45,310 bases of DNA from an uncultured Gammaproteobacteria bacterium (GCA_964608945.1 CAZSQB010000002.1:1262-46571); one strand, 5' to 3'; positions 1 to 8,122 are shown, counted from the stretch's first letter. Made by a program: numbers and translations. Notes: a model not told the origin generated them from the letters alone.

Positions 1-77
1 ATAATAGTAGTCACCCTGAGCCAGTAAAAGAAGAAGACGAATGGGACATCCCCGCATTCCTGAGACAGAAGAATTAA
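1..77 (+). CDS. ftsZ: Cell division protein FtsZ, extreme C-terminal fragment (gene starts upstream of the window)
   Basis: The frame starting at nt 3 reads NSSHPEPVKEEDEWDIPAFLRQKN and stops at TAA 75-77. The D-I-P-x-F-L-R peptide after an acidic linker is the conserved C-terminal tail of FtsZ. Only 25 codons are visible. Confidence 0.55.
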   Translation, partial: NSSHPEPVKEEDEWDIPAFLRQKN

Positions 78-121
78 ATTCATTTCTTGCACATCTAAGT
101 TTTCCGTGTTATATTACTAAA

Positions 122-319
122 ATGAAAACAAAGGTTGTCGATCTTTCCAAAACACTAAAACCATATTCCAACGAATGGATTGCTCTTGACCCTAAGACTA
201 TGAAAGTAGTTGCAGTTGGAAAATTACCTAAAAGTGTTTTGAATAAAGCAAGGGATAAAGGAATTAATAGTCCTGTTCTTACCCGTGCTCCCCAGAATTA
301 CGGAAGCTACATTCTGTAA
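122..319 (+). CDS. Small hypothetical protein, DUF5678-like
   Basis: This lies within ORF-track 41-319. The 5' part of that ORF overlaps the ftsZ tail, so the internal ATG at 122 (MKTKVVDL...) is preferred. The pattern EWIALDPKTMKVVAVGK...VLNKARDKG...PVLTRAP resembles the DUF5678 small-protein family from memory. Confidence 0.5.
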   Translation: MKTKVVDLSKTLKPYSNEWIALDPKTMKVVAVGKLPKSVLNKARDKGINSPVLTRAPQNYGSYIL

Positions 320-477
320 TAGTCTCAAATGAATTTTAGATATAAAAAATTTCCAACTAATCCCAATAATCATCCCTTTCCAAATCAAAAATCATCGTTA
401 AGGCCAGTTATTCAAGTTGATTTTGAATATTCACCATCTCATCCAATTTTGGTATGATGTAACAATTATTATTATAG

Positions 478-2088
478 ATGTTGAAAAAAGAGGGTTTTAT
501 TTTATCAGTTGTCATTCTTATTGGTGCATTTCTTCGTTTTTGGCAGCTAGGTCAAGTTCCTGTTGGAGCAACTCTTGATGAAATGGGATACATTTATAAT
601 GCGTATTCCATCGCACAGACTGGAAAAAATGTCTTTGGGCAAAATTTCCCGCTATTTACATGGATGGTGCCTGGTGGATTTCCATTCATGCCTGTTCCTA
701 TTTATTTGTCTGCTATAGTAATTAAACTTCTTGGTTTTTCTCTTACGACTGGCAGGTTACTATCAGCAGTTCTTGGTATTATTGATATTTTTATTCTTTT
801 TCTCATTGTTCGTTCTTTATTTGGGAAAATATCTCTTGCATTGTTGTCTGCTTTATTTTTAGCAATTTCCCCTTGGCATTTACACTTTAGTCGTTCTGCT
901 TACGATCCTAACTATTCACTATTTTTTTATTTACTTGGAATAAGTACCTTTCTTTGGGAGGTGAAGAGAAATAAGACCCCAATCCTTAGTTTACTGAGCT
1001 TTCTTATTGCAGTCTACAGTTATCGAGGTATGAGTATTATTGCGTTGCCTCTTTTTGCAGTTATTGTGTGGTATGCGATAGTTGCATTGAGAATACTTAA
1101 AAAACAGCTTATCGGTTTTATTATTGGTGTTTTTATTATAATATTCAGTTTGATTAGTGTAATTTCTGTATACAAATCTTCATATACGGCAGAAGGAACT
1201 GCTATTTTTAATAATCCAAAAATGACAGAAGAAATCAATAAGGCAAGTAGAGAAGCTCAGGGTCCTCTTATCGTGAAACGAATTTTCATAAATAAGCCAA
1301 CATATATTGTTAACAGTATAAGAGAAAACTTTGTGAAATCTATGTCTTTCGAATATTTATTCCTTTACACAGAGCCCTATGCAATATATTCAATCTGGTC
1401 TAGAGGAAGATTATATTTTTTGGACATCCTTTTTATTGGTTTTGGAGTTTTCTTCTTATTCCTTTTGAAAAAGAAAGAAGCTGTGTTTGTACTTTTACTA
1501 TTATTAATAGGAGCAATACCGGGAGCAATAGGAGGGTTTCCAGTATCGGCACGTAATCTTTTTCAAGCTGCAATATTTCCAGTATTTACTGCTGCGGGTG
1601 TAATATTTATTGTGCAGGATAAATTATTTAAGAAATTGAAATATGTAATACCAATATCCATCCTAATATTATATTCATATGCCCTAACAAGCTATTTATT
1701 TGATTATTATGGAAGATATGCCTTTGGGCAAGCAGAGGCATGGGGTAAAAGTTTCAAAGATGTCAGTGCTTACATTTTAGATAACAAAGATAAGAGAGAA
1801 TCTATTTTTATTGGTCCTACAACTCATGGGGATTTTATTCAGTTTGCATTTTATGCAAAGATTACTGCAGAGGAAGTACAAACGATTTGGGAAAGAAGCA
1901 ATCATAAACATGAAGGCCCTTTTAAGTATAAAAATATAACATTTTTGCCAACTTGCTCAATTATTGAAAAAGCAAGATTAAAAAATTCTTCAGTTTATAT
2001 TACTCATGCTGGATGCAATGACGATGCAACTCCAAGTGCGGCCATAAAAGATTATTGGGGGAATGATATTTGGAGAATATATCAATAA
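478..2088 (+). CDS. Polytopic membrane glycosyltransferase, GT-C fold (ArnT/PMT_2, GT39-like)
   Basis: 536 aa with many hydrophobic segments. An acidic first-loop motif (TLDEMGYIYNAYSIAQTGKN) follows TM1, as in ArnT/PMT-type enzymes. The C-terminal ~150 aa look soluble. A TGGTATGAT extended -10 lies at 450-458. Confidence 0.75.
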   Translation: MLKKEGFILSVVILIGAFLRFWQLGQVPVGATLDEMGYIYNAYSIAQTGKNVFGQNFPLFTWMVPGGFPFMPVPIYLSAIVIKLLGFSLTTGRLLSAVLGIIDIFILFLIVRSLFGKISLALLSALFLAISPWHLHFSRSAYDPNYSLFFYLLGISTFLWEVKRNKTPILSLLSFLIAVYSYRGMSIIALPLFAVIVWYAIVALRILKKQLIGFIIGVFIIIFSLISVISVYKSSYTAEGTAIFNNPKMTEEINKASREAQGPLIVKRIFINKPTYIVNSIRENFVKSMSFEYLFLYTEPYAIYSIWSRGRLYFLDILFIGFGVFFLFLLKKKEAVFVLLLLLIGAIPGAIGGFPVSARNLFQAAIFPVFTAAGVIFIVQDKLFKKLKYVIPISILILYSYALTSYLFDYYGRYAFGQAEAWGKSFKDVSAYILDNKDKRESIFIGPTTHGDFIQFAFYAKITAEEVQTIWERSNHKHEGPFKYKNITFLPTCSIIEKARLKNSSVYITHAGCNDDATPSAAIKDYWGNDIWRIYQ

Positions 2089-2090
2089 AT

Positions 2091-2777
2091 ATGAAAACAC
2101 ATATGCGAAGCGGAAAATATCTAGAGGAAATTTGGCGTCAGGTTCCTGTAGATTATTACCAAAAAGGGGTAGAAAATAATATTTTTCAAAAAATCTGGCA
2201 TTTTCGGAAGCTAAAATTTGTAACTGATTCAATTCGTCACATTGGCTCAAATCCTAAAGTTATATTGGACGCTGGAGCAGCTAGTGGATGGTTTTTGTCA
2301 GAAGTTGCGAGGTTTTTTCCAAAAAGTGAGTGCGTAGGAATCGATATATATGAAGATGCAATACATTACGGTAAAAAGAAATATAATAATCTTAAACTAT
2401 CAAGGGGTGACATCCATAAAATTCCTTTCAAAGTTAATACATTCGATGTGGTTATTTGCTGCGAGGTATTAGAACATGTTAAGGATCCAAAGAAGGCATT
2501 GAAGGAGATAAAACGGGTACTCAAACCAGGGGGTATAGCAGTTATTGAAATTGATACAGGGAATATTCTTTTTAAACTCGTTTGGTTTTGGTGGACAACA
2601 GTAAGACATGGAGTATGGCGTGACTCGCATATTCACCTTTTCAATACAAAAATACTGGAAGATTTATTTCAGGAATCAGGTTTTCAAATAGAAAAGAAGA
2701 ATATATTTAACCTTACTATGGCAGTTGTCTATACTCTTAAACCAAAATATACCTTCCCTGCCATAAGTTGTTTTTGA
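2091..2777 (+). CDS. Class I SAM-dependent methyltransferase
   Basis: Motif I is ILDAGAASGWF and the post-I acidic residue is in GIDIYE. FDVVICCEVLEHV and RVLKPGG are also present. The ORF-track start at 2070 is a TTG overlapping the upstream gene, so ATG 2091 is preferred. Confidence 0.8.
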   Translation: MKTHMRSGKYLEEIWRQVPVDYYQKGVENNIFQKIWHFRKLKFVTDSIRHIGSNPKVILDAGAASGWFLSEVARFFPKSECVGIDIYEDAIHYGKKKYNNLKLSRGDIHKIPFKVNTFDVVICCEVLEHVKDPKKALKEIKRVLKPGGIAVIEIDTGNILFKLVWFWWTTVRHGVWRDSHIHLFNTKILEDLFQESGFQIEKKNIFNLTMAVVYTLKPKYTFPAISCF

Positions 2778-2805
2778 AGCGGATTTGTGGTAAAATAAGA
2801 TCACT

Positions 2806-3075
2806 TTGCCTGTTATAACTCCACCAGTCGCTATTGCCAAATGTTCCCAGTGTCAAAGTAGGCTTATTGTTGTCAAGGTTGAGACTGAAAAGATCGAAAA
2901 TCACCGTTTTCCGGTTACTATCACGACATATCGATGCTCAAATAAGGAGTGTCAGACTGAGACTGATAAAAGAACAGCCATTCGTCTGAAAAACAGAGAG
3001 GTGCAGGAATTGGCAAAGCAGGAGCGTGAAAAGATGCGACTGAAAAATATGCGGCAAAAGCCAAGAACAAATTAA
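2806..3075 (+). CDS. Small zinc-ribbon-like hypothetical protein with a K/R/E-rich tail
   Basis: 89 aa with CSQC...CSNKEC cysteine pairs. It has a TTG start, and an extended -10 (TGgTAAAAT, 2788-2796) ends 9 nt upstream. No family was recognised. Confidence 0.45.
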   Translation: MPVITPPVAIAKCSQCQSRLIVVKVETEKIENHRFPVTITTYRCSNKECQTETDKRTAIRLKNREVQELAKQEREKMRLKNMRQKPRTN

Positions 3076-3092
3076 CCTCTTTGCACTTTCCC

Positions 3093-3122
3093 TTGAACAA
3101 ATACCCACCTATAAGCTACAAT
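3093..3122 (+). promoter_or_regulatory. Putative sigma70-type promoter of ileS (TTGAAC-N18-TACAAT), leaderless spacing
   Basis: TTGAAC is at 3093-3098 and TACAAT at 3117-3122. The ileS ATG at 3130 is only 7 nt after the -10, and no Shine-Dalgarno sequence is visible. Confidence 0.4.
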
Positions 3123-3129
3123 TGTAAGC

Positions 3130-6100
3130 ATGTTTAAACCCGTTGATCCGAAAGTCGATTTTCCCGCAAAGGAGCGGGATATATTAAAAAGGTGGTACGG
3201 GAGTGGTATTGTTGAGAAATATTTACACCGCAATGATTCCTCTGATAAAAAGTTTTCTTTTCTTGATGGACCGATTACTGCAAATAACCCCATGGGTGTT
3301 CACCATGGGTGGGGGAGAACGTATAAAGACCTTTGGCAGCGATTTTGGAACATGCGCGGGTACAAAGAGCGCTTCCAAAATGGGTTTGACTGTCAAGGGT
3401 TATGGGTAGAGGTAGAAGTTGAGAAAGAACTCGGTATAAGAAACAAAAAAGATATTGAAAACCTCGTCCCAGGAGATAAGAAAGCAAGCATTGCAAAATT
3501 TGTACAGCTTTGTAAAGACAGAGTCCTCAAATTCAGCGAAATTCAGACAAAACAAAGCAAGCGATTAGGCTATTTCATGGACTGGGATAATTCCTATTAT
3601 ACCATGTCAGATGAGAACAATTACGCCATCTGGCATTTTCTCAAAGTCGTTCATGAAAAAGGATGGATATATAAAGGACGTGATAGCGTGCCGTGGTGTC
3701 CGCGTTGCGAGACAGCAATTTCACAACATGAAATGTTAACTGAAGACTATAAAGAACTGACACATGAGACAGTATTTGTAAAACTACCGATTACTACAAA
3801 AGGTTGGGGAAACATTTTTTTACTTATATGGACGACAACACCCTGGACAGTTCCTGCTAACGTCGCTGTGGGAGTAAATACTAAATATACCTATAGAACA
3901 TTAATAAGTGAGAAAACTGGAGAAAGAATAATAATTCTGCTAAAAGATGAAAATGGCAATTTCCCAACAAGAATTGTAAAAGGCTCAGAAATGTCAGTTG
4001 ACGACTTTGTTTTACCTACTACGAATGACTTGGAAGGGAATTATAGAGTCGGGGAAGAAATTCCTGGTAGCAAACTAGTGGGGTTAAGATATGCAGCTCC
4101 CTACGATTACCTTCCTCGGGTTCAAAAAGCAAAAGAGGAAAATCCCGAAAAGTTTCATACGGTCGTTGACGGGTCAGAGATTGTTACTGCAGTTGAGGGA
4201 ACAGGGCTCTTGCATGTCGCACCAGGGGCAGGAAAAGAGGATTTTCATTTAGGAAAAAAAGAAAATTTACCTGTTATTTCAGTCATTGCTGATGATGCGT
4301 CTTACCTTAATGGCATGGACGACTTGAGTGGCAAAAATGCCAAAAAACACCCAGAACTTATCATTGATTACTTGCGATCAAAAGATGATGGGAAATATCT
4401 TTTGAAATCGATGAATTATACGCATCGATATCCTGCGTGTTGGAGGTGTCGCACTGAGCTTGTCTGGAAAGTAGCGGATGAGTGGTATATATCGATGGAT
4501 AAACCATCGAACTCAAAACTCAAAACTCAAAACTCAAAAGTTGATGGTAAAACGTTTAGGGAGCAGATGAAAGAGGTTGCAAGACAAATAAATTGGATTC
4601 CGAGTTGGGGACTGGAGCGTGAGCTTGACTGGCTAAATAATATGCATGATTGGTTGGTGAGCAAGAAAAATCGATATTGGGGTTTGGCGCTGCCTATTTA
4701 TGAATGCAAGAAATGCGGGAAATTTGAAGTCATCGACAGCAGAGAAGAATTAAAAGAGAGAGCCGTTGAGGGGTGGAAATCCTTTGAAGGACATACGCCA
4801 CACAAGCCATTTATTGACGAAGTGAAAATAAAGTGTTCATCTTGTGGAGAAGTTATTTCTCGGGTGAATGATGTGGGCAATGTTTGGCTTGATGCTGGTA
4901 TTGTTCCATTTTCAACCATGCCCCCTGACTGGTTCCCAGCAGATTTTATAACAGAAAGTTTTCCCGGCCAGTTTAAAAACTGGTTTTACTCACTCATCGC
5001 CATGGCCACAGCTCTTAAGAATGAAGCACCGATGAAGAATCTGTTGGGATTCGCGACAATGGTGGATGAGAAAGGTGAACCATTTCATAAGTCAAAAGGG
5101 AACTCGATTGAGTTTGTTGAAGGCGCAGATAAAGCAGGAGCAGATGTTATTCGATGGGTTTGCGTAATAGCAAACCCAGAACAAAATGTTCTTTTTGGGT
5201 ACCATATTGCAGATGAGACCAGGCGTAGGTTTCATCTGATGCTCTGGAATATCTATAACTTCTTTGTGACCTATGCGAATGTTGACAGGTGGACGCCTGA
5301 CCGTCATTCTCACGCCATGCCTGCCGGCAGGCAGGAAAGTGAAAATCATAAGATCCTCAATCAAGATCCTGGATCAAGTCCAGGACTAAAGGTTGAGGAT
5401 GACAGGAAGAGTACAAATGTTTTGGATCAGTGGATTCTGTCGCGACTAAATCAGACAATAAAAATAGTTACGCAGTTTCTTGAAAAATATGATGCAAAAG
5501 ATGCATCAGTGGCACTTGAAAATTTTGTCCAGGATCTATCACTGTGGTATGTTAGGCGGAGCCGAGATCGTGTCGGACCCGCTGCAGAAAATGATGCAGA
5601 CAAAAACGCGTTTTACCAAACAACACACAAGGTACTAGTTATGTTGAGTCAGTTACTTGCTCCATTTATTCCTTTCCTTGCTGATGAGATGTATGTAAAC
5701 TTAACAAGCGAAGAGTCTGTTCATTTAGCAGAGTGGCCGGTTGGAGAGAAAGAATTAATTAATTCGATCCTTGAACAGCAGATGGATCAGGTTAGAATGA
5801 TTGTAGAAAAAGGACAGGCGAAAAGAAAAGAACTGGGGATAAAGGTGAGACAGCCTTTACATGAATTTAGAATTATGAATTATGAATTAGGAATTTCAGA
5901 AGAGTTGTTGCAGCTAATAAAAGACGAACTGAATGTTAAGAGGGTTACTCTTAAGAAAGGTACAGGAGAACTCGCTGTCGAGTTTGATACTGAGCTAACA
6001 GGCGAACTTAAGCAGGAGGGTGAGGCGAGAGATTTGGTTCGCAGCATTCAAGAAGAGAGAAAGAAATTGGGGACAAAGATTGATGAAAAGGTTACTGTTG

Positions 6101-6204
6101 TTTTGCCCAACTGGCCAAAAGAATTTGAAGAATATATAAAAAGAAACGCTTTAGTCATGTCCCTTACAAAAGGCGATCAATTGCGCGTCTCACAAAATAA
6201 ATGA
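3130..6204 (+). CDS. ileS: Isoleucine--tRNA ligase (class I aaRS, type-2-like) with in-frame insertions
   Basis: 1024 aa. The N-terminus is MFKPVDPKVDFPAKERDILKRW. A HIGH-like motif (PMGVHHGWG), a CP1/editing region (TTTPWTVPANVAVGV...GTGLLHVAPGAGKEDF), a KMSKS-like motif (FHKSKGN) and several CxxC zinc knuckles are present. The anticodon-binding region reads DQWILSRL...LSLWYVRRSRDR, and the C-terminus contains DELNVKRV. Confidence 0.85.
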   Translation: MFKPVDPKVDFPAKERDILKRWYGSGIVEKYLHRNDSSDKKFSFLDGPITANNPMGVHHGWGRTYKDLWQRFWNMRGYKERFQNGFDCQGLWVEVEVEKELGIRNKKDIENLVPGDKKASIAKFVQLCKDRVLKFSEIQTKQSKRLGYFMDWDNSYYTMSDENNYAIWHFLKVVHEKGWIYKGRDSVPWCPRCETAISQHEMLTEDYKELTHETVFVKLPITTKGWGNIFLLIWTTTPWTVPANVAVGVNTKYTYRTLISEKTGERIIILLKDENGNFPTRIVKGSEMSVDDFVLPTTNDLEGNYRVGEEIPGSKLVGLRYAAPYDYLPRVQKAKEENPEKFHTVVDGSEIVTAVEGTGLLHVAPGAGKEDFHLGKKENLPVISVIADDASYLNGMDDLSGKNAKKHPELIIDYLRSKDDGKYLLKSMNYTHRYPACWRCRTELVWKVADEWYISMDKPSNSKLKTQNSKVDGKTFREQMKEVARQINWIPSWGLERELDWLNNMHDWLVSKKNRYWGLALPIYECKKCGKFEVIDSREELKERAVEGWKSFEGHTPHKPFIDEVKIKCSSCGEVISRVNDVGNVWLDAGIVPFSTMPPDWFPADFITESFPGQFKNWFYSLIAMATALKNEAPMKNLLGFATMVDEKGEPFHKSKGNSIEFVEGADKAGADVIRWVCVIANPEQNVLFGYHIADETRRRFHLMLWNIYNFFVTYANVDRWTPDRHSHAMPAGRQESENHKILNQDPGSSPGLKVEDDRKSTNVLDQWILSRLNQTIKIVTQFLEKYDAKDASVALENFVQDLSLWYVRRSRDRVGPAAENDADKNAFYQTTHKVLVMLSQLLAPFIPFLADEMYVNLTSEESVHLAEWPVGEKELINSILEQQMDQVRMIVEKGQAKRKELGIKVRQPLHEFRIMNYELGISEELLQLIKDELNVKRVTLKKGTGELAVEFDTELTGELKQEGEARDLVRSIQEERKKLGTKIDEKVTVVLPNWPKEFEEYIKRNALVMSLTKGDQLRVSQNK
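4511..4538. repeat. Perfect heptanucleotide tandem repeat (ACTCAAA)x4 inside ileS
   Basis: Read directly from the sequence. Copies lie at 4511-4517, 4518-4524, 4525-4531 and 4532-4538, and they encode NSKLKTQNSK. Confidence 0.9.
5301..5405. repeat. 105-bp palindromic (MITE/RPE-like) element inserted in frame in ileS
   Basis: The ends are imperfect inverted repeats: CCGTCATTCTC (5301-5311) against the reverse complement of GAGGATGACAG (5395-5405), matching 9/11. Inside are a perfect 12-bp palindrome CCTGCCGGCAGG (5320-5331) and a TCCTGGA-N5-TCCAGGA hairpin. The length is 35 codons, encoding PDRHSHAMPAGRQESENHKILNQDPGSSPGLKVEDD in a normally short linker. Confidence 0.6.
5863..5897. repeat. 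Imperfect heptanucleotide tandem repeat (GAATTWN)x5 inside ileS
   Basis: The copies read GAATTTA GAATTAT GAATTAT GAATTAG GAATTTC directly from the sequence. They encode EFRIMNYELGIS. Confidence 0.8.
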
Positions 6205-7280
6205 GAAAACTCGGTCTGCTCATTGACTGGCGGATTCTACTTCCTGCAGTTATTCTTGCTGTCTTAGGGGTGATCATGCTGTCATCTCTCAATCCTGAGC
6301 TTTTTCGCAGTCAGCTCATTGCGCTTGTTGTATCCGTCATCGCATACGTTATTTTTTCGCAGATAACGCTTGATTCTTTCAGAAACTTTTCCATTCCTCT
6401 CTATGTCGTTTCAATTTTTCTTCTTATCGTTGTTTTTCTTTTTGGTTTTGAAAGCCGTGGCGCCGCCCGTTGGGTCACGATTTTTAACGTGAGCATTCAG
6501 TTTTCAGAGCTTATTAAACCGTTTTTATTACTAGCGATGGCGTCGTATCTTGTCAATACTCGGAATACCTCTTTTCGGGCATTTCTTTTTCTTCTCGCGT
6601 TTTTATTGCCGGTAATGTTTCTTATCTATAAACAACCCGATCTAGGAAATGCATTGATATATGGGAGCGTTGCGCTCTTGACGATGCTTATTTATGGTTT
6701 TCCTCTTCTCTGGTTTGGTCTTATATTCTTGCCGATTATTCTTATCACACCAATGCTTTGGGGGTTTCTTCACGAGTATCAACGACAGCGCGTTCTCACC
6801 TTTGTCAATCCATCTCGTGATCCGCTTGGGACATCTTACAATACGATACAAGCAGTTATTGCTGTCGGGTCAGGGATGTGGATTGGGAGGGGGCTAACCG
6901 AGAGTACGCAGTCAGGGCTCAGGTTTTTACCGGAAAGACATACTGACTTTATGTTCGCGACGTTTTCAGAAAGCTTTGGTTTTGTCGGTGGCGTCATTGT
7001 TCTGCTTTGTTTTTCTCTGCTTTTTTATCGCATATATAAGATTTTTTCTTATTCTTCAGATAATTTTAGTAAACTCGTTACCGCAGGGGCATTGTCGCTT
7101 CTTTTGATTCATTTCTTTCTTAATATTGGAATGAATATTGGTGTTGTGCCTATTGTGGGAGTAACATTGCCATTTCTTTCCTTCGGTGGTAGCTCTCTTT
7201 TGTCAAATTTCATCCTTCTTGGTATGGTGTCATCGATTGGGCAAGCAATAAAAAGTAAGCACGTGCTGGAAATACGATAG
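6201..7280 (+). CDS. SEDS-family peptidoglycan glycosyltransferase (FtsW/RodA/SpoVE family)
   Basis: 359 aa with about 9-10 TM segments. Family-typical motifs are RWVTIFNVSIQFSELIKP and LPERHTDFMFATFSESFGFVGG. The start overlaps the ileS stop (ATGA). Confidence 0.85.
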   Translation: MRKLGLLIDWRILLPAVILAVLGVIMLSSLNPELFRSQLIALVVSVIAYVIFSQITLDSFRNFSIPLYVVSIFLLIVVFLFGFESRGAARWVTIFNVSIQFSELIKPFLLLAMASYLVNTRNTSFRAFLFLLAFLLPVMFLIYKQPDLGNALIYGSVALLTMLIYGFPLLWFGLIFLPIILITPMLWGFLHEYQRQRVLTFVNPSRDPLGTSYNTIQAVIAVGSGMWIGRGLTESTQSGLRFLPERHTDFMFATFSESFGFVGGVIVLLCFSLLFYRIYKIFSYSSDNFSKLVTAGALSLLLIHFFLNIGMNIGVVPIVGVTLPFLSFGGSSLLSNFILLGMVSSIGQAIKSKHVLEIR

Positions 7281-7285
7281 GTTTT

Positions 7286-7295
7286 TTGCTATACT
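7286..7295 (+). promoter_or_regulatory. Putative -10 element TTGCTATACT upstream of rplU
   Basis: TATACT lies at 7290-7295, 7 nt before the rplU ATG (7303). The same TTGCTATACT decamer recurs at 12645-12654 and 15330-15339. Confidence 0.4.
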
Positions 7296-7302
7296 ATCAA
7301 CC

Positions 7303-7695
7303 ATGAAATACGCTGTTATCCGCTCAGGTGGCAAGCAATACAAAGTATCAGAAGGTGACATCATTGCAATCGAAAAATTGACATCTGATGGGAAAGAAGT
7401 GACATTTAATGAAGTCCTGCTCTACACAACTGATAATCAGGTACAAATTGGCGTGCCGACACTGAGTAACGTTGCTGTTACCGGAAAAATTCTTCAGGAG
7501 AAAAAAGGTGAGAAGATTCGCGTTGCAAAATTCAAAGCAAAAGCCAGATATCGGAGGGTGACAGGGCATAGACAATTGATCAGTGTGGTTCAGATCGAAA
7601 CGATTGGCAACGGCAAAAAGACAGTAAAGAAATACGTAACTGAAAAAGAGGCCCCAAAACGCACAAGGACCAAGAAGGTAGCCACGAGCGCTTGA
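7303..7695 (+). CDS. rplU: 50S ribosomal protein L21 with a basic C-terminal extension
   Basis: MKYAVIRSGGKQYKVSEGD...KFKAKARYRRVTGHRQ is a canonical L21 signature. A lysine-rich tail of about 25 aa follows. Confidence 0.95.
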   Translation: MKYAVIRSGGKQYKVSEGDIIAIEKLTSDGKEVTFNEVLLYTTDNQVQIGVPTLSNVAVTGKILQEKKGEKIRVAKFKAKARYRRVTGHRQLISVVQIETIGNGKKTVKKYVTEKEAPKRTRTKKVATSA

Positions 7696-7718
7696 TCCAT
7701 TCGATAAGTCATTCGACT

Positions 7719-7803
7719 CTGAGGGGCGAGCCCTCAGGTTCAGACTCAGGCTCAGACTCGAAGAGCTCAGGATCAACCCTGAGTGAAACCCCGCTTAGCG
7801 GGG
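7719..7803. repeat. Three GC-rich hairpins in the rplU-rpmA spacer
   Basis: The three hairpins are CTGAGGG-GCGAG-CCCTCAG (7719-7737), CTCAGG-ATCAAC-CCTGAG (7766-7783) and CCCCGC-TTA-GCGGGG (7789-7803). CTCAG(G/A) motifs are reiterated between them. Confidence 0.6.
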
Positions 7804-7818
7804 TGAAATTGAAGGGGG

Positions 7819-7847
7819 TTGACATCTGTGAAAAGTTAGCGTAATAT
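7819..7847 (+). promoter_or_regulatory. Near-consensus sigma70 promoter for rpmA (TTGACA-N17-TAATAT)
   Basis: TTGACA is at 7819-7824, followed by a 17-nt spacer and TAATAT at 7842-7847. The rpmA ATG is at 7871. Confidence 0.6.
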
Positions 7848-7870
7848 AAAGGAAATTTTCACACATACAT

Positions 7871-8122
7871 ATGGCACATACAAAAGCACAAGGATCAGTA
7901 AGAGGAAATAGAGACTCAGTTGCCAAAAGACTGGGCGTCAAATTATTTGGCGGAGAAAAAGCATTTCCTGGCAATATTTTAGTCAGACAAAAAGGAACGA
8001 AATTCCATGCAGGAACAGGCGTTTCTATGGGGAAGGACTATACTCTCTTCGCGCTTGATGAGGGTACTGTGCAATTCAGAAATCTTCGCGGCAAAAAATA
8101 TATTGACGTAGCCCATGAATGA
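7871..8122 (+). CDS. rpmA: 50S ribosomal protein L27
   Basis: [29 protein letters not shown]...[18 protein letters not shown] is a canonical L27 signature. There is no N-terminal propeptide. Confidence 0.95.
   Translation: MAHTKAQGSVRGNRDSVAKRLGVKLFGGEKAFPGNILVRQKGTKFHAGTGVSMGKDYTLFALDEGTVQFRNLRGKKYIDVAHE

Noticed and set aside
1268-1282. A GTGAAAC half-site as a candidate parS.
   Set aside because: Only one half of the 16-bp palindrome is present, and it lies inside a coding region. It is not a credible centromere site.
3076-3129. A possible T-box or other leader upstream of ileS.
   Set aside because: Only 54 nt separate the upstream stop from the ileS ATG, and they are occupied by a promoter-like TTGAAC-N18-TACAAT. 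That is too short for a T-box riboswitch.
3072-5364. Several 68-90-aa ORFs antisense to or out of frame with ileS (3072-3293, 3203-3409, 3275-3496, 4698-4919, 5092-5364).
   Set aside because: They lie entirely inside a well-supported 1024-aa aaRS gene and have no motifs or promoter context. They are typical shadow ORFs.
7348-7776. A 142-aa minus-strand ORF opposite rplU.
   Set aside because: It is antisense to a canonical L21 gene and extends into the hairpin spacer, and it has no recognisable features.
7738-7785. Reiterated CTCAGG/CTCAGA motifs looked superficially like a short repeat array.
   Set aside because: The units are 6-10 nt, irregularly spaced and without spacers of CRISPR size. 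No CRISPR-like array occurs anywhere in the window.
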